From positions 1-64,000 of IMG/VR virus record IMGVR_UViG_3300047499_000113: a stretch of DNA of 64,000 nt, one strand, 5' to 3'. This document shows, one piece after another, positions 7,614 through 18,391 of the stretch (its first letter is position 1; each line of letters starts with the position of its first letter). Made by a program: the position numbers and the translations under genes. The notes beneath the pieces were generated by a model. That model saw only the letters and a program-made list of their open reading frames with translations, was not told the DNA's origin and did not search any database.

Positions 7614-8222
7614 ATGAAGTCGCTGAAGGTTGTCTCGGTCAGTCTGGTGTTCGTTGCAGCGCTCGTGGGCTGCACTTCCGACGCGTTCACGTCGGGCGAC
7701 CTGCCGGACTCGGGAACCGACTCCGGAGACCCGACCGAAGGTTCGGTCGGAAACGACTCCGGCGGCGACAGCGCCAAGGTGGGAGATCCCGATACTGGCG
7801 TGGATGCGGGCCCAGGGATCGACACCGGCACGACGGACACCGGGACGCCCGACTCCGGCACCGACACGGGGACGACAGACTCCGGGACAGTGGATTCCGG
7901 CACCGACACGGGGACGACAGACTCCGGCGCCGACGCCGCCGACGCCGCCGACGCGAGCTGTTTCACGGTCCCCTCTGGCTCCACCGGAGTCACCTGCGAC
8001 TCCTGCATGAAGTCGTCGCCGTGCGCCAGTCAGCGAGACATCTGCATCGCTCAGTGCGGTCCCTCGGGATGCGCCGACGCCTGGGAGGGTTTCCTCGCCT
8101 GCATCGACCTGAACCCGGATGCCGGCGGGACTCTCTGCGCCAGCACCTGGCTCTCGGACAGCCCCGTGGAGGCCAACCTAGCCTCCTGCGGCAACACCTT
8201 CTGCAGCAGCCAGTGTCAGTAG
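7614..8222 (+). CDS. Myxobacterial-type Cys-rich lipoprotein (moron-like, opposite strand)
   Basis: GGAGGAG RBS, ATG 7614; MKSLKVVSVSLVFVAALVGC lipobox; DSG/DTG/DAG low-complexity linker; Cys-rich C-terminal domain. Confidence 0.8.
   Translation: MKSLKVVSVSLVFVAALVGCTSDAFTSGDLPDSGTDSGDPTEGSVGNDSGGDSAKVGDPDTGVDAGPGIDTGTTDTGTPDSGTDTGTTDSGTVDSGTDTGTTDSGADAADAADASCFTVPSGSTGVTCDSCMKSSPCASQRDICIAQCGPSGCADAWEGFLACIDLNPDAGGTLCASTWLSDSPVEANLASCGNTFCSSQCQ
7854..7927 (+). repeat. 32-bp direct repeat inside lipoprotein linker
   Basis: TCCGGCACCGACACGGGGACGACAGACTCCGG at 7854-7885 and 7896-7927 (encodes SGTDTGTTDSG twice). Confidence 0.9.
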
Positions 8223-8223
8223 G

Positions 8224-8850
8224 TCACTTGGGCTTCTGAACGAGGCCCATGCGCTCGGCAAGAGAGCGCATGACAGCATCACGCTCCTGGTCGTCCAGTT
8301 CATCCCAAGTCTTGCCGGCAGCGGAAGCCTTCGGCGAGGCGAGCTTCGCCTCGAGGCGAGCTTTACCGATCTGAGCCGCCGGGTGATGCTGGATAGCCGG
8401 AACGATGGTCACCGTAGGCTGGGCGGGCACCGTATCCGCAGGGGCGACCCCAGGAACGATGGAGCGATTCACCAGCAATTGGTTGCCGGACACGTTTGTC
8501 TTGGTGGCGACTTCGTACACGTGAGTGACGGTTTCGAAAACGACGGCGACACGCTTGCCGTAGTCGGCATACCAAAGATCACGAGTGGCCTGGTCCATGG
8601 CGTGGCTGATGTAAGCCGAGGGGAGCGCTGCCATCACCAAGGGCTGAGACGGGTCCTTGGACCAAAGACTACCCTGGATGGCATCTCCGAAATCGGAGAA
8701 CGACACATCATTCGGGAGCGTGTACTTGACGCCCGCCACGTAGAACACGCCGGCGCGAAGTATGTATTGCTGGCCAACAATATCGATGCGGTAGTTCAGA
8801 TCCAACTGACCGGCCGCGCCGACACCGTTATGGTAGTAGATCCCGAACAT
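8224..8850 (-). CDS. Hypothetical protein, possible tail-fibre-associated/chaperone
   Basis: 208 aa, TAATG-coupled to the upstream fibre gene; helical C-terminus. Confidence 0.6.
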   Translation of the reverse strand: MFGIYYHNGVGAAGQLDLNYRIDIVGQQYILRAGVFYVAGVKYTLPNDVSFSDFGDAIQGSLWSKDPSQPLVMAALPSAYISHAMDQATRDLWYADYGKRVAVVFETVTHVYEVATKTNVSGNQLLVNRSIVPGVAPADTVPAQPTVTIVPAIQHHPAAQIGKARLEAKLASPKASAAGKTWDELDDQERDAVMRSLAERMGLVQKPK

Positions 8851-11800
8851 TATTGTCTACCCGTAATGATGAAGGTGAAACCGCCGGACTGATTCGCGTT
8901 GTTGAAGTTAATGGACGTTGAGCTGATACCGCTCGATAGAACTGCCTGAGCCTGACTGAACGAAGACGTGTACATCGAGGCGAGCTGCAGGGACGGCCCC
9001 AGACCAGACACGAAGAAGAGCGGAGTGATTGCACAGGCAATCGATCCCTGACCGGCTCCAGTATCTGTGTTCGACGGGTTGGCATAGAAGTTAATAAGGA
9101 TCTGTCCGCCAAACCCTCCGCCACCGTTGAAAATGGCATAGCTGTGCACGTTCCAGGAGTCGTACTCCTGGAACGTGGGGTGTCCACCACTGTCAGTAGT
9201 GACAAAGATCGTGCCCCACGCCTTGATGACGTTTGCGCCGTTGACGGTGTTCTGAAGCGCCGCGGCGTTGTATGTGTCACCCAGGTGGGTGAGAGCGATG
9301 CCGTTGTCGCTGAATCCCTGGATGCAGGTCCAGCTCCCGTCCGACCAGTTTCCCCCGGGCTGGAAAACTGAGAAGTTGTACATGTACCCGGCCCCGTAGT
9401 TGCTACTCCCGAAGAGGAAGTTGCTTCCAGACCAGACGGTCATGAAGGCGTTCTGTCCAGGAACGTCAGGAACCCACACGCTTCCGTTCCAACTGGCGTT
9501 AGTTGTGATGGCATACCAGTCGTTGTTGCCGGGCCCGTATCCGCCGTTGCCGGAAAAATTCCAGCCTCGGTAGTGGCGAATACAGACTCCTTGGCCTTGA
9601 CCACCGAGAGCCCACGTGATGTGACCGTTATTCCCATCCGGAGCGACGGCGGCTGCGTTAGCAATTTGCACCGAAGTCCCAGAGATCACGTTGACGATCT
9701 GGAAATGCCCGTTGTTGTTGCCGTTGGCAGCTCCAGTGAAATACAGGTACATGCCCTGCATGTTGTTCGTCATACTGGCGAGGCCCGTGATCGTGGCGAG
9801 CCCGGCAGACACAGCCGAAATGGTGCAACCTCCGTTGCGGCCAGCAGCGAACAAATAATCCGAGCCCTGCGGCCCAGTGCCGTACTCCGCTACCAGGATG
9901 CGCATTCCGCTGTCCGGGTGTGCCGGAACTGAGATGCGCGCGGCCAACTCAGAGGCGAGAGTCGCGGGAGCCAGCTCTCCGAGACGGAGATTGTTCGCCG
10001 TAACGATCCCGGCGTTGCCCTGGTTTCCGTTGATGGAGAACGGGAGAATGCTGTTCGGAGCGCTCGCGGGACCGTTTGGGGCCCACGTCGCCCACGGCGT
10101 GTTGTCGGCGGCTCCGCGGTGCCAATGGAGGAATTGGCTGCCGAAACCGCCGCCCGCGAGCATTTGAACAGCGTTGGCAGCCACGCCGTTGACGTCTTTC
10201 GCCCACGCAACACCATTCCAGGCCGCGTTGATCGTGAACCAATAGTCCGTCTCGTTGGACGGATTCATCTGTGCGTAGATGCGGATGCTGGGGCTCGCGG
10301 TGGGGCTCTGAGCCTCCCAAATCAGAGTGAAGGTACTCGGCGCGGTCTGCGCGAGAAACCGCGGGATGAGATTCTCGTTGCTGGCGGTCGATTGCGTGCC
10401 GGCCAGGATGAAGGCCAGCGCTCCGTTGAGCGCTCCGGACGGGTCGAAACCAACGGGCGGCGTGCCCGTACCGAGCGGAGAACCAGCAAACGTGAACGGG
10501 CTGGCGACCGCGGGGCCCGCGTAGAGAAACTCCATTTTGGGCTGGCCCGTGACGGTGCTCTGCCCGATGTAAACGGCGGACGCCGATTGCCCGGCCGTAT
10601 CTTTCCTCCAGTTGATGGGGAACCCGACAGGACCGTTCCAATACGCGTTGCAGGTGACCCACAGTCCAGCTTGCGAGTCAGCGAAGAGCCGCATGATCTG
10701 CTGAGCATTGGAGCCGGTCAGACCAGCGACCGACACTCCCTCCCACAGGAGGGTCATGCCACTGCCTTGCGAACTCGAGAACGGCGTAACGATGCGCGGC
10801 GTCTGGTTCGCCTGCAGGTACCCGAGGTTACGCGCTCCGAGTGTGAGCGAGTCGATGCTCAGCACGTCGACGATCTTGCGCAGCAAGTCTGGATTGATCT
10901 TGCCGTCCGGACCGAGAAGCGCCGAGATGCCAAGATTTTCCGTGCCCGCCCCAGGCTGTGCCAGCTGCGGGTCGTCGGTGGCAAGGAACTTCTCGGTGGT
11001 GGTCTCGATGTTCTCCGGCACCTCCCCGAACTCCATCATCTCGGGGATCATCGCGTGCACGACGGGAGGCGTGACCGCCTCGATGCCGATTGCCGTAGTA
11101 CCCGTGACGCTGGTGCCTGACAGACCGAGCTTCGCCATCACGGCAGAAGAACCCGAGACCGTGATGCTCGCCGGAGTTCCGTACGGATCGTCGGTGGTGT
11201 GGTCGGGGCAAACGAAGGCGATTTCTTCGACCGTCGTCGCATTGCCGAATGGCTTGGCCACCACGGAGCCCGAATAAACTCCAGGCACAAGGCCGAGTTT
11301 GTCGAGGGTAGTCGTGAAGTTGTTGGTCGGCAGCGGGCTGGCGCCGAAGAGGTCACCCGCCATGATCTGCACGGTGGAACTCGGACCGCTCGTCAGATGG
11401 CTGGTGATTTGGAGAGTCCCGAAATTCGAAACCGCAGCCGATCCCTGGGCAGCCTGTCCGGCCGTGCTGATGGCGGCGTTGATGAAGTTCACTAGGTCGG
11501 ATGTCGAGTAGACGCCCGTGGTCGGATAGATCTGAATCGGCGTGTTGCCGTTCAGAACGATGAAGAACATGTCCTGGCCAGTGATGAACTGCCAGGGCCC
11601 AGCAACAGCACCGATGACGCCGCCACGACCGGCCTCGGTCCCCGCCGGGAATCCAGCTCCAGCGGCTGCCGCGTTCCAGGCCGCATTCACGGCGCTGATG
11701 ACGTCTTGCGCACCGGTCGGCGCCACGCCAAACGTGATAGTGAGGACGTAGGTCTGGATGCTGAAGTTGTGGGACGGATTCGGATAGAGCGCCGGATTGA

Positions 11801-12716
11801 CCGTATTGACCGTGACCGTGAAGCTGTCGCTCGTGGTCAGCGAAGAAAAGTTGCCGCCACTCGTGATGACCTTGCCGGGTACGGAGCCCTGACGGACGTA
11901 CGACACCACGAACTTCGGATTGTTCGAGATGCCCGGGATTTGCTGCAGCCGTCCGTAGATGGACTGGCCAGGCGGATAGAGCGGTATGTTTCCGAGGCCG
12001 CTGACGTTGATCTGAATGGGGGTCTGCGTGATCGCCGGCGACGAGTCCGGGTTGCGGAGCTGGATGAATCCGCCGAAACCATCCGTCGACTGCGTGATGA
12101 TGCCGCGCACCGGCGAAGAAATGCCCGTGACAGTGGCCGTGTTTCCTGGCGCCAATCCGAGCGCAGTGCACACGCCGACCGTGACGTCATTGACCGTCAG
12201 GAAGGCAGAAGAGCCAGTCGTGTAGCCCGAGGGACCCGCAGACTGGAGAACGAGCTGGCCGTTGATGTTTTGCGCGACCGGAGATGACGGGTTGACTCCG
12301 GCGACAGTGAGGGCCGCGTTGATACGCGCTGCCACCTTGGACGTCGTGATGTACGGATTGCCGCCGATGTTGACGACGTCGCTCGGTTGGAACGTGATGA
12401 GGACAGGGTTGCTCGAGTTGACGTTCGGGAGCGTGATGGTGAAAGACGCGCCCGCGACGACGGGCGACACGAACGGACCCTGCGCGCCGATGATGAACGC
12501 CGACGCATCCGACTCCGCGCCGCCGGGCGTCTGCGTGATGGTCTGCTGCAGGAATTCGTTGTAGTAGTTTTCCGAGATCGTGTTCTGGATGGTCTGAACA
12601 GTGCCGCCAGGAACGTCCGGCGTGCCGAACGGAATGGGCGTCGCCACACCGATCGTGTCGATCCGGGTGAAGTACGACCGCTGGTCCTTGATCTGTTCTT
12701 TGCGCGGCTGAGTCAT
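8850..12716 (-). CDS. Large tail fibre / virion structural protein (1288 aa)
   Basis: G/S/T/N-rich; three INAA...LGL beta modules; three NA-x-WNG-(x)n-W-xx-D repeats; fibre-like C-terminus (KAWGTI). Confidence 0.7.
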   Translation of the reverse strand: MTQPRKEQIKDQRSYFTRIDTIGVATPIPFGTPDVPGGTVQTIQNTISENYYNEFLQQTITQTPGGAESDASAFIIGAQGPFVSPVVAGASFTITLPNVNSSNPVLITFQPSDVVNIGGNPYITTSKVAARINAALTVAGVNPSSPVAQNINGQLVLQSAGPSGYTTGSSAFLTVNDVTVGVCTALGLAPGNTATVTGISSPVRGIITQSTDGFGGFIQLRNPDSSPAITQTPIQINVSGLGNIPLYPPGQSIYGRLQQIPGISNNPKFVVSYVRQGSVPGKVITSGGNFSSLTTSDSFTVTVNTVNPALYPNPSHNFSIQTYVLTITFGVAPTGAQDVISAVNAAWNAAAAGAGFPAGTEAGRGGVIGAVAGPWQFITGQDMFFIVLNGNTPIQIYPTTGVYSTSDLVNFINAAISTAGQAAQGSAAVSNFGTLQITSHLTSGPSSTVQIMAGDLFGASPLPTNNFTTTLDKLGLVPGVYSGSVVAKPFGNATTVEEIAFVCPDHTTDDPYGTPASITVSGSSAVMAKLGLSGTSVTGTTAIGIEAVTPPVVHAMIPEMMEFGEVPENIETTTEKFLATDDPQLAQPGAGTENLGISALLGPDGKINPDLLRKIVDVLSIDSLTLGARNLGYLQANQTPRIVTPFSSSQGSGMTLLWEGVSVAGLTGSNAQQIMRLFADSQAGLWVTCNAYWNGPVGFPINWRKDTAGQSASAVYIGQSTVTGQPKMEFLYAGPAVASPFTFAGSPLGTGTPPVGFDPSGALNGALAFILAGTQSTASNENLIPRFLAQTAPSTFTLIWEAQSPTASPSIRIYAQMNPSNETDYWFTINAAWNGVAWAKDVNGVAANAVQMLAGGGFGSQFLHWHRGAADNTPWATWAPNGPASAPNSILPFSINGNQGNAGIVTANNLRLGELAPATLASELAARISVPAHPDSGMRILVAEYGTGPQGSDYLFAAGRNGGCTISAVSAGLATITGLASMTNNMQGMYLYFTGAANGNNNGHFQIVNVISGTSVQIANAAAVAPDGNNGHITWALGGQGQGVCIRHYRGWNFSGNGGYGPGNNDWYAITTNASWNGSVWVPDVPGQNAFMTVWSGSNFLFGSSNYGAGYMYNFSVFQPGGNWSDGSWTCIQGFSDNGIALTHLGDTYNAAALQNTVNGANVIKAWGTIFVTTDSGGHPTFQEYDSWNVHSYAIFNGGGGFGGQILINFYANPSNTDTGAGQGSIACAITPLFFVSGLGPSLQLASMYTSSFSQAQAVLSSGISSTSINFNNANQSGGFTFIITGRQ

Positions 12717-12728
12717 CGAATGTCCCTA

Positions 12729-15700
12729 TCAGAACAAGAGGTACCAGAATTCGACGATGTCGGTCGTCAGAAGAGCTGGATTGCTCCCGGAGACGATGTA
12801 TGTGACGGTTTGGTTGGTGGTGCCGCCAACTGTGTAGTTGAGCCCGTACTGGAGTTTGACGCCGTTGAGGAACATCTGCACGGCGGTCGGATCGAGCGGG
12901 CGGTTCGGAAGGGTGAAGGTGAGCTGCCCGTCCGAGGTGACCGGAAGGGTGATCTGCTCCTGCGAGTTGAGGGACACGTCCGACGACCCGAAGAACAGGG
13001 GGTTGTCGAAGATGTTCGTAACGAAAAGGGCCGGCGGAACCGGGAGAATGCCGGTGTTGACGTAGCCACGGCGCTTCTCCAAGGGCTTACCCAGGAGACG
13101 GTACCTGTCGACAGCGGTGAACCCTTCGTTGGTACCGGCAGCCGAGTGCGACACGTTCGTATCGCGGAAATAGGCCGGCACCGCCTGGGTGACGACGAAC
13201 ATCTGCAGCTCGTTGCCCATGTGGATCTCGGTGGAGCCCACAGACTCCGGCTGAGAACGCACAAGGAATGCGGAGCCGACGAGAAGCGACCCGGCGTTGA
13301 TGTTCGGGCGGACTTTCGGGAACCTCGAGGAGATCGGACCACCGACCCAAGGTGGCGTGACCGACCAGGCCGCACCTCCACGCGTCGTCTTGAACACCGT
13401 CGTACTGGCAGGATTCGCGGTGCCGTCGACTCGAATGACGGCTTCGGAACCAACGCCAGTCGTGCCCGATGTGTTGCCGCAGATGAACTCCGTGCCCTCC
13501 CAGGTCGATTCGCCAGGCGCGCTCGGGGCGAGCGACGCCTCGTAGTTCTGGAAGGTGAACGTGCCGACTGCGTTGGCGCCGACACCCGTGGAGTTGATCT
13601 GCTGGTAGAGGGTCTTGCCGACGAAGTCCTTGTCTCGGAAGTAGATGCCCATCGGCAGTTGCGAAGTGGCACCTGCGAATTCCGGCGGGACGAAGTTGTC
13701 GTAGACCGGATCCAAGCCACCGATCTTGGTCGGTGGGCGAGTCGCGACACCTGTGGGCGGAGTCGGTGAGTTAACGACCGGAAAGAGCTGGTCCGACCAG
13801 TCCTCGTAACCAACACGGTTCGCCGAGAAGCGACGTGCGAGATCGAGCAGGGTCCCGGCGTAATCCGGCGGGTTGTTCGGTGCCTCAAACGTGTCGAGGA
13901 GGGGTAGCGGCTGCGAACCCGAGAGACGACCCGTCCCGAGCGACATCACGAAGCTCGTGGACGCGAGCACCTCGAAACCGGTCTCGTTCGGGAGAGCCAG
14001 GCTCGAGATGGGACCCAGCGGGCTCGTGAAGATCGACGTGGCTTCTCCGACCGTCAGCGGTCCGAGCCTGTAGAGGTCGTCCGAATAGGCGTTCTGAGTT
14101 CCGAATGGATCGCCTTGGTACGGCTGGCGGCTGTAGTAGATCGTCAGCTCGTTGTTCGAAGCATTGCTCGAGAGCGGCGCCGGCGCGATGATGCCGATGG
14201 TGCCGTCCTGCGAGGTCGAGAACTGATCCTGCAGGATGACTCCGCCGCCCGTGTTCTTGGCGACGCAAACGCGTCCGTTGGTCTGCAGGAAGCCTCGATC
14301 GAATCCGAACAGGACGCACTCGACAACGAACTGGGCATTGTTGAAGTTCGTACCCGAAGGTGCCTTCGTGAAGTCCAGGCAATCGGCCGAGAGGATGAAG
14401 TATGGGTCTCCGTTGGCGTCCACGTTGAGCAGGACGGTCGGGCCGTCGTAGCTGTCGTGCAGGAGGTTGACGTCTGCTCCCGGCTGGCCAACGAACTGGC
14501 GATTGTTATTGAACGGGCTCGAGATGGGCTGCACCGCCGATCCCTGACGGAGATAGACGCCGGTGATGCGCGCCGGCGCGAGGAACGGCGGGAACTGAAT
14601 GCCCTGGAAGGGGCCGCCGTTGGCCGACTGGAGAGAGTTGTTCGTGTACTTGGTACCGAAGATGGAGAGAATACCCGCCTGCGTGCCGTAGGTCTCGCCA
14701 ACATTTGGCGTGACGATGTAGTAGCCCGGCGCGCTCGGATACGAGACGATATTCTCGTTGTAGCTCGAGTTGTTCAGGTTCGGGCCTTCTTGCGCCACGA
14801 ACATGAAATTCAGGCCGCTGGGAAACACGGCGTTGGTCGTCGCCTGCAGAGGGATGTGATGCAGACCCGGCCGCGGCAGATACTCCCACGGGATCTCGAA
14901 GTAGAGGCTGTTGACACCGTGGTAGAACAGGTTGAGGGCGTCGATGGTCGTCTGAGGCACGACCGGGTGCACGATATTGACGCCGTTCTGGTCCAGGCTC
15001 GGCATCGCGCCCTGGTACTGGATCGTCGGATTGAAGTACCAGTTGAGCTGCTGGCCGTTGCGCGCGAGAAGCTGCGGGACACGGACTTCGCGGTACGGAG
15101 CCGCGTAGACGGTCTTGCTGCCCGGGTCGACCATCACCTCGGAAGTCCGCGCGAGATTCCGGTTTACACCGGTCTGCACGTACGGCGAGTCGCCAAGATA
15201 CGTCGGGATCATGCGCGAAATGCCGGACAGGCCGCCGCGCAGAAGGGTCTGCGTCGTGTTGGACGCCGACCCGCGGTACCAAACCGTGTGGATGTAGTCC
15301 GGCTTGTGAGACAAGCCGCGACCAGCTCCGTAGACGACGGCGAAGTCGATGTGCATCACGACATTCGTGACGTAAGGAATCGCCGTGTTGCCCTGGAGAG
15401 CGTCCTTGAACTCCTGCAGTTCGGTGTCGACGCCACCGCTTTGGAAGCGGATGACGAGGTTTCCGTTCACATCGGTGGTGACGCTCAGGCCTTGACCGCT
15501 CTTGAGGACCTTGTTTCCCTGCGTCGGGAAGAGAAGATCCGGGTTGGAAGTCGTAGGCGCGGTCGTACCGGCCGACGTGACGACCTCGCCAGTCGTCATC
15601 GTGCCCGAACCGCCTGTGCACCCCGTGAAGCTCGAGCCGGAGATGGAGGTGTAGTTGACCGTCGAGCCGTTGATGTTGATGGTTCCGCCGCTCGAGGAGA

Positions 15701-17579
15701 AGCCCGAGGTCGAAGCCACGAAGATGGTTGCCTGAGGCAACGTCTGGCCGTTCGAACCTGCGGCGATCGTCGTCGATGGCAGCGATCCGTTGGGGTCCGA
15801 CGTCATTCCTTCGAATCGGATGACGACGGCGTCCGGGTCCTCGGAAGGCAACACGAACCTGACTTGATCCGAGTCCGAGCCCGGCATACCCGCGGCGAAT
15901 GGGGAGAGCTGGATGGTGATGGAGTCGCCGTTCCACCACGATGGGTAGAGGCCGCCCGACAGTCGGTTACCGGGCACGTGGATGGGCGGGGTGCCTGTCC
16001 ACAGAACCTCGACGTTGTAAGGGGCGACCGTGAACTGCAGCGGCGTGTCGATGAGCTGCGAGTTCGAAGGAACGACCACCGGGACGTTGAAGCGCTGCGT
16101 GGTCACCGCATCCGAGAACATGCGGCGGTTTCCATCCGGAGCATCGAGTCTCGTCAGCCCTCCGACGAACACTGAAGAATCGGTGATGCGGTCGCCGTAG
16201 AAGGTAACGGGTCCTGCCGAGTTCGTGCTTCCGAAACGCTTCCAGGTCGAGCGCAGGTTGCCCTTGAGAAGCTCGATGAAGTTCGTCTTGAGGATGCTGT
16301 CGTAGTCGAACTTGTCCGCCACCGAGTGGCGCATGTCGAGAATGTCAGTCGCCGCGATTTGGTCGGCGAACAGCCCGTCCGGGCGAATCGTGTACTCGAT
16401 GAGGGGAGTACCCGAGTTGTGCGCGCGGATCGTCGTCTGGAGCTGGCCGCGGTCGATGGTGCAGGTGAACGACGTCGGCGAGTTCTGCACGACGTTGTTG
16501 ATGCGGATGATCTCGTCGTTGAGGTAAAAATACGCCTCGCCAAACGAGTTCATCGTCTGCAGCACGGTGCCGGCGATGCTGTTGATGGTGAAAGACGTGT
16601 CGGTCAGCCCCATTGCGGATTGGAGCGCGAGAGAGGCCGTGTACATCGTCGCGTCGGAACGGGAGATGGCGACGCTATTGCGATTGAACGCGCCGGCGAG
16701 GTTGCCCGTGTCGGAAAACCCTGCTCCGTTGCGACGGAAAACGGTGCAGATGGGGATGGCATAAACGTAGCCGTCTGAGGTTCCGAAAGTCGCCGGGTCG
16801 CCGGTCCCCGCACGCCAAAGGCCCGGGTCGCCGAGCGTCTGGCGCATGTTGGTGAAGGGGACGCTCGAGGGCTGCAGCAGGAGGCCCTGCGCGAACACGA
16901 GACTCGGGTCGAACCCTTCTGGATACTGCGCGATGTTGATTCCCTGGACGACGCGGATGCGGTACTGGACCTGCACGCGCTTCGTGGTCGGGAAGTTCAT
17001 GTCCGGATCGATGAGGTCGTCCGGGATGTAGCTGAAACCGCCTTCGACGTTGCCGAATCTATAGATGAACCCGCGCTGCGGCTTGCCTGGTGCGACACCC
17101 GGAGGGGCGGGATCCACGTCGATGACTGCCTGCCACACCTCGAGGAACACGAACTCGGCGATGTTGCCGCCCGTCGAGGTCGACGGAGGATTGAGCAGGA
17201 TTTTGTTCCAGGTGTCGACGTCGTCGGCTGCCAGCGGGGGCTCGCCGGTCTCCGTCCCTGCCACAGGGATAGGCCACCCGTTGACGACAGCCCACGTGAG
17301 GTTACGGACCTCGCCCGGAGTGTTGCGACCGAAATAGAACAGGTTCGAGTTGTTGACGTTCGTGAAGAAGTCGGCCTTTGGATTGGCCTCGTTCATCAGC
17401 CATCCGGAAGGCATCTCGGCGCGGAGAGCCTCTGCACGCGATTCCCAGTCGACAAGCGAAACGAGGTTCAGCTCGGAGTCGAGCGGTGGCTTGTTCGCCT
17501 GGAATACAACGACAGCAAATTGCTTGTCGCGGTCGTCCGTGTACCGGGAGACTCCGGGGCCTAGGGGATTAGTCGGCAT
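12729..17579 (-). CDS. Large baseplate/tail-fibre-attachment protein (1616 aa), paralog of 26891..29632
   Basis: N-terminal VVFQANKPPLDSELN, FLEVW, TTKRVQVQYRIRV, DGYVYAIPICTVFRRN, RPDGLFADQI motifs shared with 26891..29632. Confidence 0.7.
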   Translation of the reverse strand: MPTNPLGPGVSRYTDDRDKQFAVVVFQANKPPLDSELNLVSLVDWESRAEALRAEMPSGWLMNEANPKADFFTNVNNSNLFYFGRNTPGEVRNLTWAVVNGWPIPVAGTETGEPPLAADDVDTWNKILLNPPSTSTGGNIAEFVFLEVWQAVIDVDPAPPGVAPGKPQRGFIYRFGNVEGGFSYIPDDLIDPDMNFPTTKRVQVQYRIRVVQGINIAQYPEGFDPSLVFAQGLLLQPSSVPFTNMRQTLGDPGLWRAGTGDPATFGTSDGYVYAIPICTVFRRNGAGFSDTGNLAGAFNRNSVAISRSDATMYTASLALQSAMGLTDTSFTINSIAGTVLQTMNSFGEAYFYLNDEIIRINNVVQNSPTSFTCTIDRGQLQTTIRAHNSGTPLIEYTIRPDGLFADQIAATDILDMRHSVADKFDYDSILKTNFIELLKGNLRSTWKRFGSTNSAGPVTFYGDRITDSSVFVGGLTRLDAPDGNRRMFSDAVTTQRFNVPVVVPSNSQLIDTPLQFTVAPYNVEVLWTGTPPIHVPGNRLSGGLYPSWWNGDSITIQLSPFAAGMPGSDSDQVRFVLPSEDPDAVVIRFEGMTSDPNGSLPSTTIAAGSNGQTLPQATIFVASTSGFSSSGGTININGSTVNYTSISGSSFTGCTGGSGTMTTGEVVTSAGTTAPTTSNPDLLFPTQGNKVLKSGQGLSVTTDVNGNLVIRFQSGGVDTELQEFKDALQGNTAIPYVTNVVMHIDFAVVYGAGRGLSHKPDYIHTVWYRGSASNTTQTLLRGGLSGISRMIPTYLGDSPYVQTGVNRNLARTSEVMVDPGSKTVYAAPYREVRVPQLLARNGQQLNWYFNPTIQYQGAMPSLDQNGVNIVHPVVPQTTIDALNLFYHGVNSLYFEIPWEYLPRPGLHHIPLQATTNAVFPSGLNFMFVAQEGPNLNNSSYNENIVSYPSAPGYYIVTPNVGETYGTQAGILSIFGTKYTNNSLQSANGGPFQGIQFPPFLAPARITGVYLRQGSAVQPISSPFNNNRQFVGQPGADVNLLHDSYDGPTVLLNVDANGDPYFILSADCLDFTKAPSGTNFNNAQFVVECVLFGFDRGFLQTNGRVCVAKNTGGGVILQDQFSTSQDGTIGIIAPAPLSSNASNNELTIYYSRQPYQGDPFGTQNAYSDDLYRLGPLTVGEATSIFTSPLGPISSLALPNETGFEVLASTSFVMSLGTGRLSGSQPLPLLDTFEAPNNPPDYAGTLLDLARRFSANRVGYEDWSDQLFPVVNSPTPPTGVATRPPTKIGGLDPVYDNFVPPEFAGATSQLPMGIYFRDKDFVGKTLYQQINSTGVGANAVGTFTFQNYEASLAPSAPGESTWEGTEFICGNTSGTTGVGSEAVIRVDGTANPASTTVFKTTRGGAAWSVTPPWVGGPISSRFPKVRPNINAGSLLVGSAFLVRSQPESVGSTEIHMGNELQMFVVTQAVPAYFRDTNVSHSAAGTNEGFTAVDRYRLLGKPLEKRRGYVNTGILPVPPALFVTNIFDNPLFFGSSDVSLNSQEQITLPVTSDGQLTFTLPNRPLDPTAVQMFLNGVKLQYGLNYTVGGTTNQTVTYIVSGSNPALLTTDIVEFWYLLF

Positions 17580-17629
17580 GTCCTAGCAGATCTCCGCTTC
17601 GAACCTTCAGGGTCTATGACCCCGGCAGC

Positions 17630-17641
17630 ATAAGCGTCCTA
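17630..17641 (-). promoter_or_regulatory. Candidate late-promoter motif TAG-N7-AT
   Basis: TAGGACGCTTAT upstream of 17579. Confidence 0.45.
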
Positions 17642-17654
17642 GCCACACTACCGC

Positions 17655-18326
17655 CTATCCGTAGATCAGGTACCAGTCCGAGACGTGGTACGGGATGGTG
17701 GAGTTGTTGATGAACTTGAGCCGGAAAGTCGCGGGATATGTGATGTTTGTCGGCACCGCGGAATCCGGCGTCGGAGTCGCGATGTCTGCGAAAGGCCCGG
17801 TCGACTGGCAAACGCTGACCGAAAACGTCGCGTTGTCGAAGTTCTCGAATGAACTGGTGCTAGGGTTGTACCCATAGAGGAGCTTGCTGATCGGCGTCGG
17901 GGACGTCGGATTCTGAACATCAACCGGAGAACGGAAGAGGCTGAATCCGCCGTAGTGGAGGCACGTTTGGTGCGCACCTGCCGCAATGGAGATCGGGTTC
18001 GTGAGGAGGGTGCCTCCAGGATAGATAACCGTCCGCTTGTTCGGTCCTAGCTCGATACCTGAAGAATTCACCGAGTCGACGTTGGGACTCGAGATGAGTT
18101 CGTCGGAGATGACGTTCGGGAAAGGGATGTTCTGCGACGTGAAAAAGACCGCCCACGCGTTCGATTTCTGCGTGATGAGGTCCGAAATGCTGTTGTCCGT
18201 GTTCGGAGAAACGGTCCCTATCTGCGGAGGGATGTCGATGACGTAGTGGCCACTGATGTCGAACAGCAGCGGCTCTTCGTAGACGCCGTGGATCGTATTC
18301 GTGGCGGGGTCGATAAGGACCTTCAT
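17655..18326 (-). CDS. Hypothetical virion protein
   Basis: 223 aa ORF with GAGG RBS in the structural operon. Confidence 0.7.
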   Translation of the reverse strand: MKVLIDPATNTIHGVYEEPLLFDISGHYVIDIPPQIGTVSPNTDNSISDLITQKSNAWAVFFTSQNIPFPNVISDELISSPNVDSVNSSGIELGPNKRTVIYPGGTLLTNPISIAAGAHQTCLHYGGFSLFRSPVDVQNPTSPTPISKLLYGYNPSTSSFENFDNATFSVSVCQSTGPFADIATPTPDSAVPTNITYPATFRLKFINNSTIPYHVSDWYLIYG

Positions 18327-18378
18327 TGAGACCTCAGCAACTGGTGTTCAGACACTACCAGCCCACGAGGTCCGACCG

Positions 18379-18390
18379 ATGAAGCTCCTA
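18379..18390 (-). promoter_or_regulatory. Candidate late-promoter motif TAG-N7-AT
   Basis: TAGGAGCTTCAT upstream of 18326. Confidence 0.45.
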
Positions 18391-18391
18391 A

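Noticed and set aside
7800-7955. CRISPR-like repeats
   Set aside because: Two in-frame coding copies with a 10-nt spacer; a low-complexity protein linker.
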